Positions 40,798 through 58,497 of a stretch of 64,000 nucleotides of DNA are shown here, one piece after another (position 1 is the first letter of the stretch; each line of letters begins with the position of its first letter). The position numbers and the translations under genes were made by a program. This stretch comes from Eledone cirrhosa. Lineage: Eukaryota. The notes under the pieces were generated by a model that had not been told where the DNA came from, did no database searches, and saw only the letters and a list, made by a program, of their open reading frames with translations. Location: positions 84,692,001-84,756,000 of the forward strand of contig OZ024745.1 of the NCBI GenBank assembly GCA_964016885.1, in the 5' to 3' direction.

Positions 40798-43252
40798 ATG
40801 CTGATCAAAGACCAACTCCCTATGTCAACCAAGAACATACCTATACCACCCAAAAATGCATATGAAAAGTTATTGATCAACAGTGTAAACTCCTTTATCA
40901 ATAGAGTGAGATGGAGGACATTCCATTATGATAAAAACAAATCTAGCAAGTATAATAATACCAACAAATTTGACTCCTTCGGCTTTAAAACCTTTAGAAG
41001 CCCCCCCCCCCCCTCATAACACACTACTAAACCACTTCGAAAATGACCTAATAAAACTAGTTAAGAATATTAAATACAAAAAACACCGTAATAAAAACAA
41101 CACCTTCTTAAACAAACTTAGCACCTCTATTAATGATTTCAAAACTAGTAGTAACATTTTTGTACATGCCGACAAAACTAATAACATATAGAGCCTAGAT
41201 TATAATACTTATTAGAAAGTTTATATATAATGAACTACATAAAAGCTACAGGAAAACCACTATGAAAAACTTAGAAGATATTAATATGGAAGGCTATAAT
41301 ATAGTATCCAAACTAGGGCTCCAGAGACATACACAACCTTATACCCCAAACCCCCCTAGATTCTCTCTGAAGGACCATAAGGAGGACTTCATTAGCAACC
41401 CCTCGATTAGACTCATCTGCCCCTCCAAGTCTGACATTGGCATTATCAGTAAAAAAATTCTAGATAAAATGATCCCACAGATTAAACAAGATTTACCTTA
41501 AACAATGGGGAAATACGGGTGAAGTGATTGAATGGTTCAAAAATATCAAAGATAGCAAGGATAAAAAATTTATTCAATTTGATATCAATTCTTACTATAC
41601 CTCTATTTCCCCTATCATACTAAATAAGGCACTTATAATGGCCATGGACAATAGTGACCTGACTAGACCCCAGATTGATGTCATACTTGCGGCCCGTAAA
41701 ACACTAATTACCTTTGAAGACCAATTATGGACCCGCAAAGATACGCAAAACAACTTCGACATTACCATGGGGTCTAGTGACTCGGCGCAGGTCACTGATT
41801 TAGTCGGCCTATATTTACTTAACCAAATCCATAGGGACCTTCCTTACCTCAGCGGTGGTTTGTATCGCGACGATGCACTTCTACTTATAGATTATAAAAA
41901 ATTCAATATAGAAAGAACTAGAAAATTATTGCACAAAACATTCAAAAACTATAACCTTAGTATTACCATGGACAAAAACACCAAAGACGTCAACTTCCTA
42001 GACGCCACACTCTACCTAGACTCAATGATATATACACCTTTCCACAAACCTAATGAAAAACTCATCTACGTAGATACCAAGTCTAACCACCCTAGATCTA
42101 TATCTAAGGGAGTATCTAATAGAATCTCTAATCTATCCTATGACATAAACACATTTAACAATAACTCGCAGTATTATAATCAGGCATTAGCTAGATCAGG
42201 ACATAATACAGGGATAGAGTTCCTACCTACAAAAACACATAGCTACAACATTATTTCACACAACATGTCCATGGGAAAATTTAATAATAGGAATAGCAAC
42301 ACACTAATAGAGATGATAACAACAAAAGTAACCCACACCACAGAAATTACCATAGTAACATTAAAGGAAACAAATCACCGGACATAAAAACAGAAATAGA
42401 AGAAGAAATAATACATTTTTCAACCCTCCTTTCAATCTAAACGTCTCTACCAAGCTACCTAGGGCTTTCTTCTCACTACTGGATAAACACTTCCCATCCG
42501 GCCACAGGTACCATAGCCTTTTAAACAAAAACACTATTAAAATCTCATACTCTACTACGCCTAACTTAGCATACCACATAGCTAGTAGCAATAAAAGAAA
42601 AATTAATTCCTACTTCCAACAAACTAAATCACAACAGACGATAAACCTTCAAAATAACATTCAAAATAAAATTATAGCAACTAACCATAATATCAATAGA
42701 AATAATAGTATTAGTACTAGTGTAAACATTAACGCTGCGAACGACAACCCACATAACCATAACACTATAGCTAACATCCAAACTTCTACACAGCATAGTA
42801 ACCGGCAGACTAACACCCAGAATGATTGTAACTGTAGATCAAATAGAACCTACCCTTTACATAAAAATGCTTAACCAAGGATATCATACTCATGTACAGT
42901 CACAACTAACAACTCTTCTGAAACCTATATAGGCTCTACTTCTAACTGCTTCAAAACAAGATACAATTCGCACCTCCACTCTTTCAAAAAACACAGTCTG
43001 GCCAACTCCACTTCACTATCTAGCTACATACACTATCTAAAAACTAAAAATAAAATATACACACTTAAATGGGAAGTGGTAGGTAGTGCATCATCGTACA
43101 AACCACCTAATAAATTTTGTAACCTCTGTCTACTAGAGACCCATACTATCATCTTCTCTAACCATAATCTCCTTAATAAAAAATCAGAAGTATTCGCATC
43201 TTGCCAACACCGCTTCCGACACTCTTTCCAAAACTTAAAACCCTATATATAA
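40798..43252 (+). pseudogene. Naiad-like PLE polyprotein (RT + GIY-YIG with Cys/His motifs), broken by stops and frameshifts
   Basis: Fragments read STKNIPIP..FINRVRWR, ADKTNNI, QFDINSYY, FDITMGSSDSAQVTDLVG, GLYRDD, VNFLD, FFNPPF, CNCR..YPL, TYIGST..FKTRYNSH and CNLCLLE..LLNKKSE..CQH. The stop is at 43250-43252. Confidence 0.93.
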
Positions 43253-43669
43253 CAATGTCAGACTGGAACCGTCACCACCCCTAGCAATTAGCATCAGTAG
43301 CAAACCTCACACCTCCTCTCCACACCCATTTATATACTCTAAAGGTAATACTGGCAGCATTATAGCACCATCTACCCTGGAGATACCCCCATGTACTTCT
43401 AAGTCTGATATCTCGGCCGTGGATTACTTAAACCGCATTGCACAAATATATGTTTAATATAAACTATAGACACGGTATTGGTTGTGCTAACATAGTCCTG
43501 TGCATGGAGTGCCACCATGAGATAGATTGATGATTAAGTAAGTAATCTTATTATGTGACTATATATTCTATACGATCAGTACAATGAATTATGCACAGGT
43601 GATACATCAGTTAGGAGTCTCTGTGTTGCTTGATGACCTGACTAGTATCTTTTGATGAGAGAACGGGTC

Positions 43670-44420
43670 CCCGGACCACCCTGGTGAACTTACCGGGAAT
43701 GTAGTCATACAATGACCCGAAACTTGCCGGGAGTCTTGTATGATAATAAGACCATTATTAGTAATAAGACCCTTATTAGTAGTGAGACCCTTATAATTAA
43801 TTTTGTAGTCTGACTCTTCTTATGGATTGTCCAGGTGTGGCATTCCATATTAGATTGTAATCATCAGGATATGAACCCCTTTAGTACTTATTAATAGACT
43901 CCACTCTAATTTGTAGATAAGATACCTAATTTAATTTATATATGAGATGAGAGTTTATGTATTGCTTGGTGGCCAGACTGGTGACTTTATATGGGAGATT
44001 TGATCTCCAGATTGTAATCTTCATGATATGAACTCCTTTAGTACTTATTAATAGACTCCACTCTAATTTGTAGATAAGATACCTAATTTAATTTATATAT
44101 GAGATAGGAGTTTATCTATTGCTTGATGGCCAGACTCGTGTCTTTATGAGAGACTTGATCTCCGGACCACCCTGGAGATATTCAGATTTACCTAGGATTC
44201 AGACATACAATGACCCAGAGCTTACCAGGAGTCACATATAAAATAATAGGACCATGCCAGGTCCTGCGGGAGGAATTACACTTACAAAGAATATTGATTT
44301 GGGGGTCTGACTCTTCTTATAGAATGTTCAGATATGACACCCCTTAATAGAAGGTAATCATCCTGATATATACACCTTTAGTACTTCTTAATAGACAACA
44401 CTGTAACCTATAATAAGTAA
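43670..44420 (+). repeat. Internal duplications in the PLE 3' UTR
   Basis: A ~157-bp near-identical duplication (43853 vs 44010) is nested in a diverged ~490-bp duplication (ccggaccaccctgg at ~43670 and 44162; gtctgactcttctta at ~43808 and ~44305). Confidence 0.85.
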
Positions 44421-45332
44421 CATAATCTAGAAATTAGTTATAACAGCATATGATAGGCACTTATTTGAAACACCATTAATGTAATTTAGGATAATAAATT
44501 TAACTAAGTAAACCAGCTAGTTACCTCCCCTTACGCATTAATTCCCCTTGGTCATACACACACTTCCGGAATATAGTATCATCACACAAAACTAAACAAC
44601 ATGATCTATTAATTAAGAATCGACAAGATACGGTTTATAACTTGGTTATATGCCGAACCATCGTGAATTATATGATAGACCCGTGGTCTATATATTGCGT
44701 CTCATGGATTATGTGAGTGGTGGTGTGCGCGAAGACAGTGGTACTGTTTTGCCTACGATATAATATGTTTTATAATATGTTTGATATTTTTGATATTTTG
44801 GTGTTTCTCCACATTCGGGACTGTATATCATACAGGTGTATGCGAAAAAATTATTTAATAATTCAGCCCACATAATAATATCGATTGCCTGCTTCAACTG
44901 CCTGACCCTGCAAGTAACATTCTGACGCACTCTAATCCTGTATAAATAAGACACGCGTGCATGCTACACGTGAGTTTGTTTCATACACTGACTACTCTAA
45001 ACTTTCCTCTTGCTTTATCTTCAATGCTTCATTTTTATTTTTATTTTTATTTTTATTTTTATTTTTATTTTTATTTTTATTTTTATTTTTATTTTTATTT
45101 TTATTTTTATTTTTATTTTTATTTTTATTTTTATTTTTATTTTTATTTTTATTTTTATTTTTATTTTTATTTTTATTTTTATTTTTATCTTTATCCTTTA
45201 ACCTTTATATGTAAATTGCCATGCTATATAATTTTGATGGATGTCATCCCACTGTGGATCAATATGTGCATATGTTTTTATATGTCTCTTGTGTTGAAAA
45301 GGAGGTCAAGTATGTTATAGATCACTAAATAG

Positions 45333-45381
45333 TTGCTCAGAAGAATCCAAACCTCGGTTTGGAGGAAACAATTGTAAGCAA
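45333..45381 (+). ncRNA. Hammerhead variant in the 3' pLTR
   Basis: Identical to 40496-40544. Confidence 0.72.
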
Positions 45382-45422
45382 ATAAATGATTTAAACTGAA
45401 CTTTGATTATTGTAATCTCTAT

Positions 45423-45698
<276 letters not shown>

Positions 45699-45979
45699 TT
45701 CGTTTCTGAATTTGTTTAGCAAGATTCTTTATCTGAAATCGTGTGTTGAAACCGATATTGTTATACTTTGGGAGGGTCATGTTGCCAATAAGAAACACAC
45801 GCACTAGTTGCTTTCACTTCAATTTATTATAATAAATTTATAATAAATTTATAATAAATTTATAATAAATTTATAAATTTATAAATTTCTGGTTGGTTGG
45901 TTGGTTCCACAACCAGATAGTTGTTTATATATAGTCATAGTTCTTTCGTCACACACTCTGTGACCTCAGCAGAATCGGC

Positions 45980-47678
45980 GTGAGTAACCGATCTGGGGAC
46001 CTAACAAACTGCATAATAGGCAGTATGGATGTTGTGTTCCTGTATCCATCTATTGACGTGGATTTTGCTGTGGAGAAATGCGTAGAAATGATCAGTGAGA
46101 GCAAGGTTGAGTTCCGTGGGATTGATACCAGTGAGCTGGGACTCCTACTTAGGCTTACCTATAGTAACAATTACCTAGACACATATGACCTTAGCAACCT
46201 GTGCCCTACACGACCAGCAAGAGGCAGACCACCTACCATTACCTCAATGGCCAAGAAAACCCACACAGATAGATGGAACGGGTGGACCAGAGCCATACGG
46301 ACACCCGAAAACCACGATGAACTGAAGAAAATGATTGCACATGCGGTAGGGGCCAGCATAAAACTAACCCTTAAGGAACATATGTTCAAATTTAATGGAA
46401 AAACATATGCCCAAGAGGAAGGAGCAGCCATTGGTGTTAGCATTGCAGGCGACATAGCTAACTTATTCATGGTATGGTGGGACAGTAGACTTAAACTTAA
46501 ACTTAAAGAACAATTAGAAGACCCCTTAACCCTGATAATGTACTCCCGCTACGTAGATGATATAAACATCGTAGTTAAGACACCCCCACTAGAGAACAGT
46601 CAGGAACTAGAGAAAAACACAATGGAAAGCATCCAGCAAATAGCAAACTCCATCCACCAGAGCATTAGAGTTACTATAGACTACCCAAGTAAACACCCCA
46701 ACCATCGATTACCTGTACTAGACACAGAGCTCTGGTTAGATACCATTAACAACCAAAAACAAATCCTCCATTCCCATTATGCCAAACCCATGACTTCTAA
46801 ACATCTGATCCACCGAAACTCGGCCGTTTCGGACCATACCAAAATCAACATACTGATTGCGGATTTGGTACGGGTGATGAGAAATGTGTCCCGCATGTGC
46901 AACCCGAAGAACTAGAGAGACACATACAACACTTCATCCACCGTATGCAGTTCTCTGGCTACAATCAGAGAGATAAAATCAGAGTGTATAGAGGATCAGA
47001 ATCAAATGGGAAAAAATGGTAAATAATGACATAAATGGGACCTGCCCCTTGTATAGGAGCAAATTTTGGAATAGAATAGAAAGAACTAGGAACAAGGCTA
47101 ATAGAATAAACTCATGGTATGATAGAAATAAATACCAGAGTGTAATGTTCTTCGATACAACCCCAAGAGGTGAATTAGCTTACACATTTAGAAGGACCCT
47201 AAATAAACATAAACTCAATATTAAGATAGTAGAAAGACCAGGTACCTCCGTAAAAACACTTATTAGCAAGACATACCCTTTTCAAAGGCCCTCATGTAGA
47301 GATAATAAATGTATAACCTGTAAAATAAGCCCCCATATTAACTGTAAAACTAGAAATGTAGTGTATAGCATAAGATGTACTGAAGGACAATGTAGAGACA
47401 AAAATGTAGTGTACATAGGTGAGACAGCCCGTAGTGTAGGGGAACGGATAAATGAACACTGGCGAGACCTTCAAGATAATAAAGAATCATTTGTACTCTA
47501 CCAACATGCTAAAATAGAACACAAGGGTAAATTAGAGAACATAGAAATAAAAATAGAATCTACACACAGAAAAGACGCAATGTTTAGACAAATTACAGAG
47601 GTAATAAACATAAAAGAATTACAACCAAAATTAAATAGAAAATATGAGTGGAACAGCAACATCACAACTTACAATTAA
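45980..47678 (+). pseudogene. PLE reverse transcriptase + GIY-YIG endonuclease, 5'-truncated and frameshifted near 46.9-47.0 kb
   Basis: Motifs GSMDVVFLYPSID, YAQEEGAAIG, RYVDDI, LPVLD, HYAKPM and NVVYSIRC..YIGETARSVGERINEH..LNRKYEW. Confidence 0.94.
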
Positions 47679-47878
47679 GGACAAAATGAAAACACACACA
47701 CACATAGAACAAACAACCAACCAGTAACATGTAAATAAACAAATAAATAAATGAACATAAACACACACAGACACCCGGTTGTGGCGCATGCGCAGACTGA
47801 GCACACAACACACACACAGAAACAAAATGGCGTAGGACAGAACAAAGGAGAGGCACAGAAACAAAGAAAGGAATCCCC

Positions 47879-47923
47879 AGTCCCTGAAGAGGTCACAGAG
47901 TGTGTGACGAAAGAACTATGACT
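47879..47923 (+). ncRNA. Minimal hammerhead-like motif in the PLE 3' pLTR
   Basis: AGTC-c-CTGAAGA-G-GTCACA-gagtg-TGTGAC-GAAA-GAACTA-t-GACT. Confidence 0.62.
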
Positions 47924-48090
47924 ATATATAAACAACTATCTGGTTGTGGAACCAACCAACCAACCAGAAATTTATAAATTTATAAATTTATTATAAATTT
48001 ATTATAATAAATTGAAGTGAAAGCAACTGGTGCGTGTGTTTCTTATTGGCAACATGACCCTCCCAAAGTATAACAATATATATATATATA

Positions 48091-48975
48091 AAGAAAAAAA
48101 TATGAAATCGAAAATGCAACTGGAGTCTTATTTTAAAAAATATATATATATTTATTTGGTTTCTTTACCGGTTTCGCACTTTTTCTTCGTTGGAGTTGGC
48201 TCTTAATCGCAACAGTTCTATTTCTATTTTAAATTTTATTAACGCCATCTTTTCCCTAAGTCTTTGTTGGTTTTCTGGTTCATTCGGGATGGGTTTTATT
48301 TGAAGATTTTTGGGGATGTCCTGGTTCAGTGAGTTGTTGTTTTGTTGAGACTTTGGTGGCATTTTCGGTCTTCGTGTGGTGGGTATATATTAGAAAGCCA
48401 GCTTTTTACACGAAGACCGAAAATGCCACCAGAGTCTCAACAAAACAACAACTCACTGAACCAGGACATCTTAAATGAACTCAAAGAGATTTCCTCTAAA
48501 CTCACAGTTTTGACCAACAAAGTGGACCAAATACACATCTATAAAAAAGGACCCCACGAAGAAACAGAAAATACCCAAGAGACGAATATTACTCCAGCAT
48601 TAACTAAGCTAATCGAAACCATTGAAACAGCAATGCTCCAAAAGCTGGAACAACCGTTAGAACCCAATCTACGAGATGTCCACTCAGTGAAAAACACGCT
48701 AATCAACATATATGAAAAGTGGCTAAACTCTACCTCAATCATCCTTCCCAAAAAGTTCCAAATAAAACCCATCCCGAATGAACCAGAAAACCAATAAAGA
48801 CTTAGGGAAAAGATGGCGTTAGAAAATTTTAAAATAGAAATAGAACTGTTGCGATTAAGAGCCAACTCCAACGAAGAAGAATTGCGAAACCGGTAAAGGA
48901 AGCAAATAAATATATATATATATTTTTTTAATTAAGACTCCAGTTGCATTTTCGATTTCATCTTTTTTTCTTTAT
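48091..48975. mobile_element. Fold-back (inverted duplication) of a probable retroelement ORF fragment
   Basis: 48091-48376 is the reverse complement of 48408-48972 with a ~275-bp internal deletion. Confidence 0.75.
48423..48896 (+). pseudogene. Coiled-coil-rich ORF fragment with an internal stop; possibly a retrotransposon ORF1 or N-terminal domain
   Basis: Reads MPPESQQ..ILNELKEISSKLTVLTNKVDQI..IYEKW..IILPKKFQIKPIPNEPENQ*RLREKMALENFKIEIELLRLRA. The inverted copy reads through the stop as Q. Confidence 0.5.
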
Positions 48976-49036
48976 ACTTTCACTCGTGTAGGACACCTCG
49001 GTTATTTTTCATTTTGTAAAAAAAACCTCCCTTTCT

Positions 49037-50264
<1,228 letters not shown>

Positions 50265-50412
50265 GATTAAAATACTTGAGTGCATTGGAGTAAAATACAC
50301 TCGTCGTATTAGAGAAATGACAGTATAGGATATAGCTCAATGTTATCCAACAGAGCCAAAAAATTATGAAAAATAAACAAAGAAGCCTTCAATACATCAA
50401 AAGTCTTTATTA

Positions 50413-50450
50413 GCTGACAATGTTTCGTCCTATTAAGGACTCATCAGAGA
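50413..50450 (-). ncRNA. Minimal type I hammerhead with a weakened stem I
   Basis: The minus strand reads CT-CTGATGA-GTCCT-taat-AGGAC-GAAAC-ATT-GTC-AG. Confidence 0.75.
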
Positions 50451-51882
50451 AAGAAAAGAGACAAGAAATATAAACGGCCAGAACAAGCCAAAACTCAGAA
50501 GAACAGGGAATTGATACTTATGAAAATATAGGAATGTTATCATAGAACGACATGCTAAAGCTAAAAGTGTGCATTTATAAATATAGACTATAGGGCAAGC
50601 GAGCAAGAAAGACATTAAACAAACCCACGTTGAAACACAACATAGTAATATAATGTGAGAATTATAATACAATAAACAATACAGTACAATAGATAATAAG
50701 AAATAAAAAACTTAATATATATATATATTCACACTCAATCCGACACGTATATATACACATTTACACAAACACATACTAACACGGATACAAATATAGATAT
50801 ATGCATTACAATAGAATAATCACCCTGACGGTGTGAATAAAGAATACCAGAATCAATTAAATAATAAATTGACATTAAAAAATATATAAAAATGCATCAT
50901 ACGTATCTTCCAAAGTCAACAAATTGTTTATAAAGTATTCAACAGAGTAAGGAAAAATACAATAATACCATATAATAAATGAAAGTATGGTGAAAAAACA
51001 TATATAAATATATATAATATAATATAGACAATAAATATACAGAGGTATAGGCAGTTCAAATCCACATAATACTACATATCAGTACTTAAATACCGTATAC
51101 ATATTTATAATTCAATCACATATAATACAATATAATACATTAATATTAATATTTCAATAGCAGACACACAATAATAAGGGAAAAAGCTTATGACATATTT
51201 ACGCGATGAATACAAGGACAGAAGATAGGAGACAGACAGCAAGTAGTAGTAAAATAAAACGAAAACAAAAACAAAAAACAAGCACAGACACAAAAACACG
51301 CAGGCGCTCTAAACCGTTAGGTAAATATAGATGATATTATTATTCTAAATCAAAAAAATTGAATTGAAACCCTTATTAATTTAATTAATATTATAATAGT
51401 TGAATAGACATTATGGGTTACTTCATATGGAATAAAAATTCAAGTCATCAAAACCGAAACAAATCAAGATATTACAAGAAATAAGCTAAGAGATCTATCA
51501 AAGATATATTAAAAATCGTCATTACGACTTACGTTATCAAAGTAAAAACTCCAATTAGAACTATGGTAGACAAAGGGGAACAGAAAGAAGTGAAACTATG
51601 GAGGGCAGGAAGGAACATAAAAGTAAAATTTATATATATTCAAAAGGCGAAGATTAAGAAAAAACGAGGTTCACTATCCTTAGATGTATGAGACTAAAAT
51701 TAAACTATTCAATAATATATCCTCCAACCAGGGATGAAAATAAAGATAGAAATATATAAGGCGACAACGGTGAGTAAAAATGTAATAATTGTCAAGAATA
51801 TAAATGGGCTAAGATAGGATAGCTAAAAAAACCCGAAAAACTAAAATCAATAAACCATAGAAAACTACTAATAATAATAATT

Positions 51883-52063
51883 GTTTCTACTTTAGGCACA
51901 AGGCCAGCAATTACCCAGTGAATTACTGGTACTTTATTTTATCGACCCCGTAAGGATGAAAGGCAAAGTCAACCTCGGCGGGATTTGAACTCAGATCGTA
52001 AAGGGACATAACCATGCTAGAAAGCATGGCGTCCGACCCTCTACCGATACTGCCAATCCACCG
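51883..52063 (-). mobile_element. tRNA-derived SINE inserted in a (TAA)n tract of the PLE UTR
   Basis: Same family as 35869-36053. It has (TAA)n on both sides and is absent from the homologous site at ~58445. Confidence 0.87.
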
Positions 52064-52160
52064 TTATAATAATATAATAATAATAATAATAATGAACCAA
52101 AACCAAAGAGATAAAGAAACAAAAGCAGCTAATGGATACGGTTTAAACTACCAGAGCTTT

Positions 52161-55900
<3,740 letters not shown>

Positions 55901-55913
55901 TATTAATTAATTA

Positions 55914-56225
55914 TACTATTTATGGTTATGTAAATACAAAAACCTTTTGCAGTTATATGTATTTTTTATACAAACCCTAAATAGTGGTAGTCAGTAATGT
56001 ATTACTACCTTATTACCAGTAAGTTAAGTAGCTCAATGTAAAAACATCAGATGATTTACAGAGCAGTTATATGAAATATAAGAATCAAAGAACTGTTCAA
56101 AACATTATTGTGCTTACAGCTGTTTCCTCCAAACCGAGGTTTGGATTCTTCGGAGCAATTTATTAATGAATGGACAGTTATATGACCTCCTTTTCTGCCA
56201 AGTGACATACCGATACATATGCAAA
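55914..56225 (-). mobile_element. Solo pLTR fragment of a family related to the 38.7-45.4 kb PLE
   Basis: Diverged colinear homology to ~38733-39050 (tactatttatggttatg..tatacaaaccctaaatagtg..tccaaaccgaggtttggattctt). Confidence 0.85.
56111..56157 (-). ncRNA. Hammerhead variant (core CCGAAGA)
   Basis: The minus strand reads TGCT-CCGAAGA-A-TCCAAACC-tc-GGTTTGGA-G-GAAAC-AGCT-GTA-AGCA. Confidence 0.7.
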
Positions 56226-56360
56226 TATTGTGGGTCAATATTCATTACAGCATTTAGAATGGCAGTACACACTTAGAGATTACATTCATATTAAAAGGTA
56301 CAATCAAAAATCTTATATTTCATATATATATGTATATATATATATGTATATATATATATG

Positions 56361-56459
<99 letters not shown>

Positions 56460-56477
56460 GTACATATATATATATAC

Positions 56478-56508
<31 letters not shown>

Positions 56509-56741
56509 AATGAGTAAATGAGTAAATATATATATATGTACATATATAGACATATATATATATACATATATATATATGTATATATATGTATATAGAATTA
56601 AAATACTAGAGTGTGTTGGAGTTAAACACCCTCGTCGTATTATAGAAATGACAGTATAAGATATAGCTCAATGTAATTAAACAGAGCCGAAGAATTATAA
56701 AAAATAAACAAAGAAGCCTTCAATACATCAAAAGTCTTTAT

Positions 56742-56786
56742 TAGCCGACAATGTTTCGTCCTATTAATAAGGACTCATCAGGGCTA
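56742..56786 (-). ncRNA. Canonical minimal type I hammerhead ribozyme
   Basis: The minus strand reads TAGCC-CTGATGA-GTCCT-tattaat-AGGAC-GAAAC-ATT-GTC-GGCTA: a perfect core, a 5-bp stem I and a GUC site. Confidence 0.92.
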
Positions 56787-58497
56787 CAAGAAGCACTAAC
56801 GGCCAGTACAATCCCAAACTCAGAAGAATAGGGGGTTTACATCTATTAAAGCTTAGGAAAGATATCAAGGAAAAGTCTGCTAAGGTTAAAAGTGAGCAGT
56901 TACAAATATAGACCAAATAGCAAAGAAGCGAGTAACATGTTGAACCTACATTGAAAATACTGTATAGTACAAAAACTTGAAACACAACATGGTAATATAA
57001 TGCGAGAATTACAATACGATATAGAATACAATATAATGGTTGGTGATAATAAATCCATACATATACACATTTATACAAACACTTACTAACACTTATTAAG
57101 TATTTAAATATAAATATATTGGTTATAGTATAATATAATAAAAAAAAAAAAAAAATAAAAATAAAAATAAAAATAAAAATAAAAATAAAAATAAAAATAA
57201 AAATAAAAATAAAAATAAAAATAAAAATAAAAATAAAAATAAAAATAAAAATAAAAATAAAAATAAAAATAAAAATAAAAATAAAAATAAAAATAAAAAT
57301 AAAAATAAAAATAAAAATAAAAATAAAAATAAAAATAAAATATAATCCCCTGTCAGTGTGCATAAACAATATAAAAACATTATAATAACATTATAATAAC
57401 ATTATTATAATATACTGACATCAAAAGATAAACAAAATTACATCATACATATCATTCAAGGTTAACAAATAGTATAAAGTTTTTCACAGGGTAAGAAAAA
57501 AATATCATATAGAACTAAATTGTGTTGAAAAAATATCTATACCATTACACAAAGTATTGACAACAAATATACGGAGGACAAGGCATTTTACATTGATATA
57601 AATATTACAAAATATTACAAAATATAACAAAACAGTACCTCAAATAACAGACATATATTAAAATCTATAATTCCATTACATAAAAATAATATGATATAAC
57701 AACGTTAATATTAAATAGCAAACAGAATCAATGGAAAATGCTTAAGATATATATTTACGTGGTTGACATATAGAGACATATTGTAATGTAATTACATGTA
57801 ATAATAAGACAGACAGCATGTGGTAGTAAAAAAATAAATTAAATAAAACGAAGAACAAAAAACAAAAACAAGTATATTTACTTAGGTATCAAATGCGGTT
57901 AAGTAAAAAAAGAAGATAGCAATCTAAACCGGAGAATTGAATAGAAAACCTTATTAAATTAATTAATATTAAAAGTATTTAAAATACATTTTTAGTCACT
58001 TCAAAATTGAATAAAGTTTAAGTCATCAAAATCGTATAAGCTTAAGATATCTCAATAAAAACTATCAAGAATTAAAGTTCAGTCAAATAACGTTATTAAA
58101 TAAAAAGACTCTAAATAGAACTATGGTAGACCAATGGGAACAGAAAGAAGAGAAATTATGGAGGATAGGAGGGAGCATAAAAGTAAAATTAATATATAAT
58201 ATAATATCATAAAAAGGAGCATAAAGGTGAAATTTATATATAGTATAATAGAAGGGACGAATATTAAGTGTGTAAAGGAGGAGGTTCATTAGTATTAGAT
58301 GAAGGAGACTCAAAACAAAGTATTCAATAAGATACAAACTTATAAGGCGATAATAGTGAAACTGTAATAAAGTTTAAGAAGATAGATAGGGTATGGTAGC
58401 CAAAAGACTATGAAAACTAAAATCGAAAAGCTGTAGAAAACTAATAATAATGGTAATCAAAAAGAACCTAAACTAAAAAGATAAGGAAATATAGCAG

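Larger units (their letters stand above)
38724..45422 (+). mobile_element. Near full-length Naiad-like PLE: inverted pLTR (38724-40219), pLTR, ORF, 3' UTR, pLTR (44938-45422)
   Basis: 40223-40586 is repeated directly at 44938-45422. 38724-40219 is an inverted copy of the same terminal region. An RT + GIY-YIG ORF lies between, and both flanks are (TA)n. Confidence 0.92.
50265..52160 (-). mobile_element. 3' UTR/pLTR remnant of a Naiad-like PLE, related to 56596-58530 and interrupted by a SINE
   Basis: Colinear diverged homology with 56596-58530. Only the last ORF codons ([10 protein letters not shown]) remain, at 52129-52160. Confidence 0.85.
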
